10,454 nucleotides of DNA from a virus: UHGV virus genome UHGV-1716704. The stretch is one strand, 5' to 3'. Under the pieces are notes generated by a model. The model was given only the letters and a program-made list of their open reading frames with translations. It was not told the origin of the DNA and searched no databases. The position numbers and the translations under genes are program-made. This document shows positions 6,609-10,454 of the stretch, piece by piece. Numbering within the stretch: position 1 is the first letter of the stretch; every line of letters starts with the position of its first letter.

Positions 6609-9600
6609 ATGGGTAAAGGCAGCAGTAAGGGGCATACCCCGCGCGAAGCGAAGGACAACCTGAAGTCCACGCAGCTGCTGAGTGTGATCGATGCCATCAG
6701 CGAAGGGCCGGTTGAAGGTCCGGTGGATGGATTAAAAAGCGTGCTGCTGAACAGTACGCCGGTGCTGGACAGTGAGGGGAATACCAATATATCCGGCGTC
6801 ACGGTGGTGTTCCGGGCAGGTGAGCAGGAGCAGTCACCGCCGGAGGGATTTGAATCCTCCGGCTCCGAGACGGTGCTGGGTACGGAAGTGAAATATGACA
6901 CGCCGATCACCCGCACCATTACGTCTGCAAACATCGACCGTCTGCGCTTTACCTTCGGCGTGCAGGCACTGGTGGAAACCACCTCAAAGGGGGACCGGAA
7001 TCCGTCGGAAGTCCGCCTGCTGGTTCAGATCCAGCGTAATGGTGGCTGGGTGACGGAAAAAGACATCACCATTAAGGGCAAAACCACCTCGCAGTATCTG
7101 GCCTCGGTGGTGGTGGGTAACCTGCCGCCGCGCCCGTTCAATATACGGATGCGCAGGATGACGCCGGACAGCACCACAGACCAGCTGCAGAACAAAACGC
7201 TCTGGTCGTCATACACCGAAATCATCGATGTGAAACAGTGCTACCCGAACACGGCACTGGTCGGCGTGCAGGTGGACTCGGAACAGTTCGGCAGCCAGCA
7301 GGTGAGCCGTAATTATCATCTTCGCGGGCGCATTCTGCAGGTGCCGTCGAACTATAACCCGCAGACGCGGCAATACAGCGGTATCTGGGACGGAACGTTT
7401 AAGCCAGCATACAGCAACAACATGGCCTGGTGTCTGTGGGATATGCTGACCCATCCGCGCTACGGCATGGGGAAGCGTCTCGGTGCGGCGGATGTGGACA
7501 AATGGGCGCTGTATGTCATCGGCCAGAATTGCGACCAGTCGGTGCCGGATGGCTTTGGTGGCACGGAGCCGCGCATCACCTGTAATGCCTACCTGACCAC
7601 ACAGCGCAAGGCGTGGGATGTGCTCAGTGATTTCTGCTCGGCGATGCGCTGTATGCCGGTATGGAACGGGCAGACGCTGACGTTCGTGCAGGACCGACCA
7701 TCAGATAAGGTGTGGACCTATAACCGCAGTAATGTGGTGATGCCGGATGATGGCGCGCCGTTCCGCTACAGCTTCAGCGCCCTGAAGGACCGCCATAATG
7801 CCGTTGAGGTGAACTGGATTGACCCGGATAACGGCTGGGAGACGGCGACAGAGCTTGTGGAGGACACGCAGGCCATTGCCCGTTACGGTCGTAACGTCAC
7901 GAAGATGGATGCCTTTGGCTGTACCAGTCGGGGGCAGGCACACCGCGCCGGGCTGTGGCTGATTAAAACGGAGCTGCTGGAAACGCAGACCGTGGACTTC
8001 AGCGTGGGCGCAGAAGGGCTTCGTCATGTACCGGGCGATGTCATTGAAATCTGCGATGATGACTATGCGGGTATCAGTACCGGCGGGCGCGTGCTGGCGG
8101 TGAACAGCCAGGCGCGGACACTGACGCTCGACCGTGAAATCATGCTGCCATCCTCCGCCACCACGCTGATAAGCCTGGTTGACGGAAGTGGCAATCCGGT
8201 CAGCGTGGAGGTTCAGTCCGTCACCGACGGCGTGAAGGTAAAAGTGAGCCGTGTTCCTGACGGTGTTGCTGAATACAGCGTATGGGGGCTGAAGCTGCCG
8301 ACGCTGCGCCAGCGACTGTTCCGCTGCGTGAGTATCCGTGAGAACGACGACGGCACGTATGCCATCACCGCCGTGCAGCATGTACCGGAAAAAGAAGCCA
8401 TCGTGGATAACGGGGCGCACTTTGACGGCGACCAGAGCGGCACGGTGAATGGTGTCACGCCGCCAGCGGTGCAGCACCTGACCGCAGAAGTCACTGCAGA
8501 CAGCGGGGAATATCAGGTGCTGGCGCGATGGGACACACCGAAGGTGGTGAAGGGCGTGAGCTTCCTGCTTCGCCTGACCGTGGCAGCGGATGACGGCAGT
8601 GAGCGGCTGGTCAGCACGGCCCGGACGACGGAAACCACATACCGCTTCACGCAACTGGCGCTGGGAAACTACAGGCTGACAGTCCGGGCGGCAAATGCCT
8701 GGGGGCAGCAGGGCGATCCGGCATCGGTATCGTTCCGTATTGCCGCACCGGCAGCGCCGTCGCGGATTGAGCTGACGCCGGGCTATTTTCAGATAACCGC
8801 CACGCCCCATCTTGCCGTTTATGATCCGACGGTACAGTTTGAGTTCTGGTTCTCGGAAAAGCGGATTGCGGATATCAGGCAGGTTGAAACCACAGCCCGC
8901 TATCTTGGCACGGCGCTGTACTGGATAGCCGCCAGTATCAATATCAAACCGGGCCATGATTATTATTTTTACATCCGCAGTGTGAACACCGTTGGCAAAT
9001 CGGCATTTGTGGAGGCTGTTGGCCAGCCGAGTGATGATGCATCCGGCTATCTGGATTTTTTCAAAGGCGAGATAGGGAAAACCCATCTGGCTCAGGAGCT
9101 GTGGACGCAGATTGATAACGGTCAGCTTGCGCCTGACCTGGCTGAAATCAGGACGTCCATTACGGATGTCAGCAATGAAATCACGCAGACCGTCAATAAG
9201 AAACTGGAAGACCAGAGTGCAGCGATCCAGCAGATACAGAAGGTTCAGGTTGATACAAATAATAACCTGAACAGCATGTGGGCTGTGAAGCTGCAGCAGA
9301 TGCAGGACGGACGCCTTTATATCGCGGGTATTGGTGCCGGTATTGAGAACACCCCTGACGGCATGCAGAGTCAGGTGCTGCTGGCGGCGGACAGGATTGC
9401 GATGGTTAATCCTGCGAATGGCAACACAAAGCCGATGTTTGTTGGTCAGGGCGATCAGATATTCATGAATGAAGTGTTCCTGAAACGCCTGACGGCTCCC
9501 ACCATTACCAGCGGCGGTAATCCTCCGGCATTTTCCCTGACACCGGACGGAAAACTGACCGCTAAAAATGCAGATATCAGTGGCAGTGTGAATGCGAACG

Positions 9601-10106
9601 CCGGGACGCTCAACAATGTCACGGTAAATGAAAACTGTACGATTAAGGGCATGCTGGAGGCGACTCAGGTCAGAGGTGACTTCGTTAAAGCTGTATCCAA
9701 ATCATTCCCGAAACAGGCTGGTACGTGGGGTAATACGGAAACACCAAACGGGACGGTTACAGTCACCATCAGCGATGATCATAACTTTGACCGTCAAATC
9801 ATTATTCCGCCCATTATCTTTAACGGAATAGCGTATAGCGATCCGGGAAGTGGTAATAACCCGGGAGGTACAAGATACACGGGTTATGGTTTTGAAGTTC
9901 GCAAAAACGGCGTATTAATCGCATCCAGAGAAACTAAAGGGGCCATTCCCGGTAGTTACAGTGCAGTTATTGATATGCCGAGTGGCAGGGGAAGCGTCAC
10001 TCTGGAGTTTAAGATTTTCCAGAAAGGCAATCAGGGGGCAGGCAATATCACCGACTGTACGGTGATTGTGACCAAAAAAGCCGCTTCCGGCATCAGTATT
10101 CGTTGA
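6609..10106 (+). CDS. J: Central tail fibre / host specificity protein gpJ, 1165 aa
   Basis: ATG at 6609 with GGAG at 6597-6600. N terminus [34 protein letters not shown]... and most of the body are recognised as lambda-type J. Central fibronectin-III-like region (about 8380-9000) and a C-terminal receptor-binding region. Length differs from the 1132 aa I recall for lambda J. Stop TGA at 10104-10106. Confidence 0.95.
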   Translation: MGKGSSKGHTPREAKDNLKSTQLLSVIDAISEGPVEGPVDGLKSVLLNSTPVLDSEGNTNISGVTVVFRAGEQEQSPPEGFESSGSETVLGTEVKYDTPITRTITSANIDRLRFTFGVQALVETTSKGDRNPSEVRLLVQIQRNGGWVTEKDITIKGKTTSQYLASVVVGNLPPRPFNIRMRRMTPDSTTDQLQNKTLWSSYTEIIDVKQCYPNTALVGVQVDSEQFGSQQVSRNYHLRGRILQVPSNYNPQTRQYSGIWDGTFKPAYSNNMAWCLWDMLTHPRYGMGKRLGAADVDKWALYVIGQNCDQSVPDGFGGTEPRITCNAYLTTQRKAWDVLSDFCSAMRCMPVWNGQTLTFVQDRPSDKVWTYNRSNVVMPDDGAPFRYSFSALKDRHNAVEVNWIDPDNGWETATELVEDTQAIARYGRNVTKMDAFGCTSRGQAHRAGLWLIKTELLETQTVDFSVGAEGLRHVPGDVIEICDDDYAGISTGGRVLAVNSQARTLTLDREIMLPSSATTLISLVDGSGNPVSVEVQSVTDGVKVKVSRVPDGVAEYSVWGLKLPTLRQRLFRCVSIRENDDGTYAITAVQHVPEKEAIVDNGAHFDGDQSGTVNGVTPPAVQHLTAEVTADSGEYQVLARWDTPKVVKGVSFLLRLTVAADDGSERLVSTARTTETTYRFTQLALGNYRLTVRAANAWGQQGDPASVSFRIAAPAAPSRIELTPGYFQITATPHLAVYDPTVQFEFWFSEKRIADIRQVETTARYLGTALYWIAASINIKPGHDYYFYIRSVNTVGKSAFVEAVGQPSDDASGYLDFFKGEIGKTHLAQELWTQIDNGQLAPDLAEIRTSITDVSNEITQTVNKKLEDQSAAIQQIQKVQVDTNNNLNSMWAVKLQQMQDGRLYIAGIGAGIENTPDGMQSQVLLAADRIAMVNPANGNTKPMFVGQGDQIFMNEVFLKRLTAPTITSGGNPPAFSLTPDGKLTAKNADISGSVNANAGTLNNVTVNENCTIKGMLEATQVRGDFVKAVSKSFPKQAGTWGNTETPNGTVTVTISDDHNFDRQIIIPPIIFNGIAYSDPGSGNNPGGTRYTGYGFEVRKNGVLIASRETKGAIPGSYSAVIDMPSGRGSVTLEFKIFQKGNQGAGNITDCTVIVTKKAASGISIR

Positions 10107-10127
10107 AATATTTATAACCCCAATAAA

Positions 10128-10152
10128 GGGCGTCAGGAATGACGCCTTTTTT
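10128..10152 (+). terminator. Rho-independent terminator downstream of J
   Basis: Read directly: stem ggcgtca (10129-10135), loop ggaa, stem tgacgcc (10140-10146), then TTTTTT at 10147-10152. An A-run (aaa at 10125-10127) precedes the stem, so it could act in both directions. It lies 22 nt after the J stop. Confidence 0.75.
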
Positions 10153-10176
10153 ATTGCAGAAAAGCGAGAGGTAATT

Positions 10177-10454
10177 ATGCGTAAAGTTTGTGCAGCAATT
10201 TTATCCGCAGCCATTTGTCTGGCCGTATCCGGTGCGCCTGCATGGGCGTCTGAACATCAGTCCACGCTGAGCGCGGGGTATCTTCATGCCCGTACGAACG
10301 CTCCCGGCAGCGATAATCTGAACGGGATTAACGTGAAATACCGTTATGAGTTTACGGACACGCTGGGGCTGATTACGTCATTCAGTTATGCCAACGCTGA
10401 AGATGAGCAAAAAACGCATTACAGCGATACCCGCTGGCATGAAGATTCCGTGCG
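10177..10454 (+). CDS. lom: Lom (Ail/Lom/OmpX family) outer-membrane beta-barrel protein, 5' part only; 3' end lies beyond the window
   Basis: ATG at 10177 with GAGAGG at 10166-10171. Product MRKVCAAILSAAICLAVSGAPAWA/SEHQSTLSAGYLHARTNAPGSDNLNGINVKYRYEFTDTLGLITSFSYANAEDEQ... has a typical Sec signal peptide (A-W-A cleavage motif) followed by alternating amphipathic beta-strand sequence. It sits immediately downstream of J, as lom does in lambda. Confidence 0.85.
   Translation, partial: MRKVCAAILSAAICLAVSGAPAWASEHQSTLSAGYLHARTNAPGSDNLNGINVKYRYEFTDTLGLITSFSYANAEDEQKTHYSDTRWHEDSV

Noticed and set aside
5251-6635. Minus-strand and alternative-frame ORFs (61-142 aa) inside K and I
   Set aside because: Nested within K/I coding sequence. 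Apart from the genuine K/I overlap, none has an RBS or a recognisable motif. Treated as spurious.
7701-9086. Long minus-strand ORF (461 aa) entirely antisense to J
   Set aside because: It lies wholly within the well-supported J coding region. The predicted protein is Arg/Cys/His/Pro-rich and low-complexity, typical of antisense frames in GC-rich coding DNA, and no gene is known antisense to J in lambdoid phages. It has no convincing RBS. Treated as a codon-bias artefact.
10103-10176. Possible promoter for lom between the J stop and the lom start (ttgaaa at 10103-10108)
   Set aside because: No -10 element could be found at appropriate spacing from the -35-like hexamer, and the region is dominated by the terminator hairpin. 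The call is too weak to report as a feature.

Overview
This window is a canonical lambda-type siphovirus tail morphogenesis module, almost certainly a lambdoid prophage or phage from an enterobacterial host. All genes are on the + strand, tightly packed and in textbook order: the 3' end of U, then V (major tail protein), G and the G-T frameshift fusion, H (tape measure), M, L, K, I, J (central tail fibre / host-specificity protein), an intrinsic terminator, and the 5' part of lom. Gene identities rest on my recognition of the protein sequences and the invariant synteny; no search could be run. I do not see evidence for a novel, undescribed system. The points worth a second look are: (a) the G/GT programmed -1 frameshift site; (b) the K reading frame, which runs 48 codons upstream of the internal Met and contains the predicted catalytic Glu of the JAB/MPN domain; (c) the ubiquitin-like I plus JAB/NlpC-P60 K pair, with a 103-nt out-of-frame overlap; (d) a 1165-aa J whose 3' third is visibly more AT-rich, consistent with a mosaic receptor-binding region; (e) the lom moron behind its own terminator. 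Several long minus-strand ORFs lie antisense to these genes and are judged to be artefacts.
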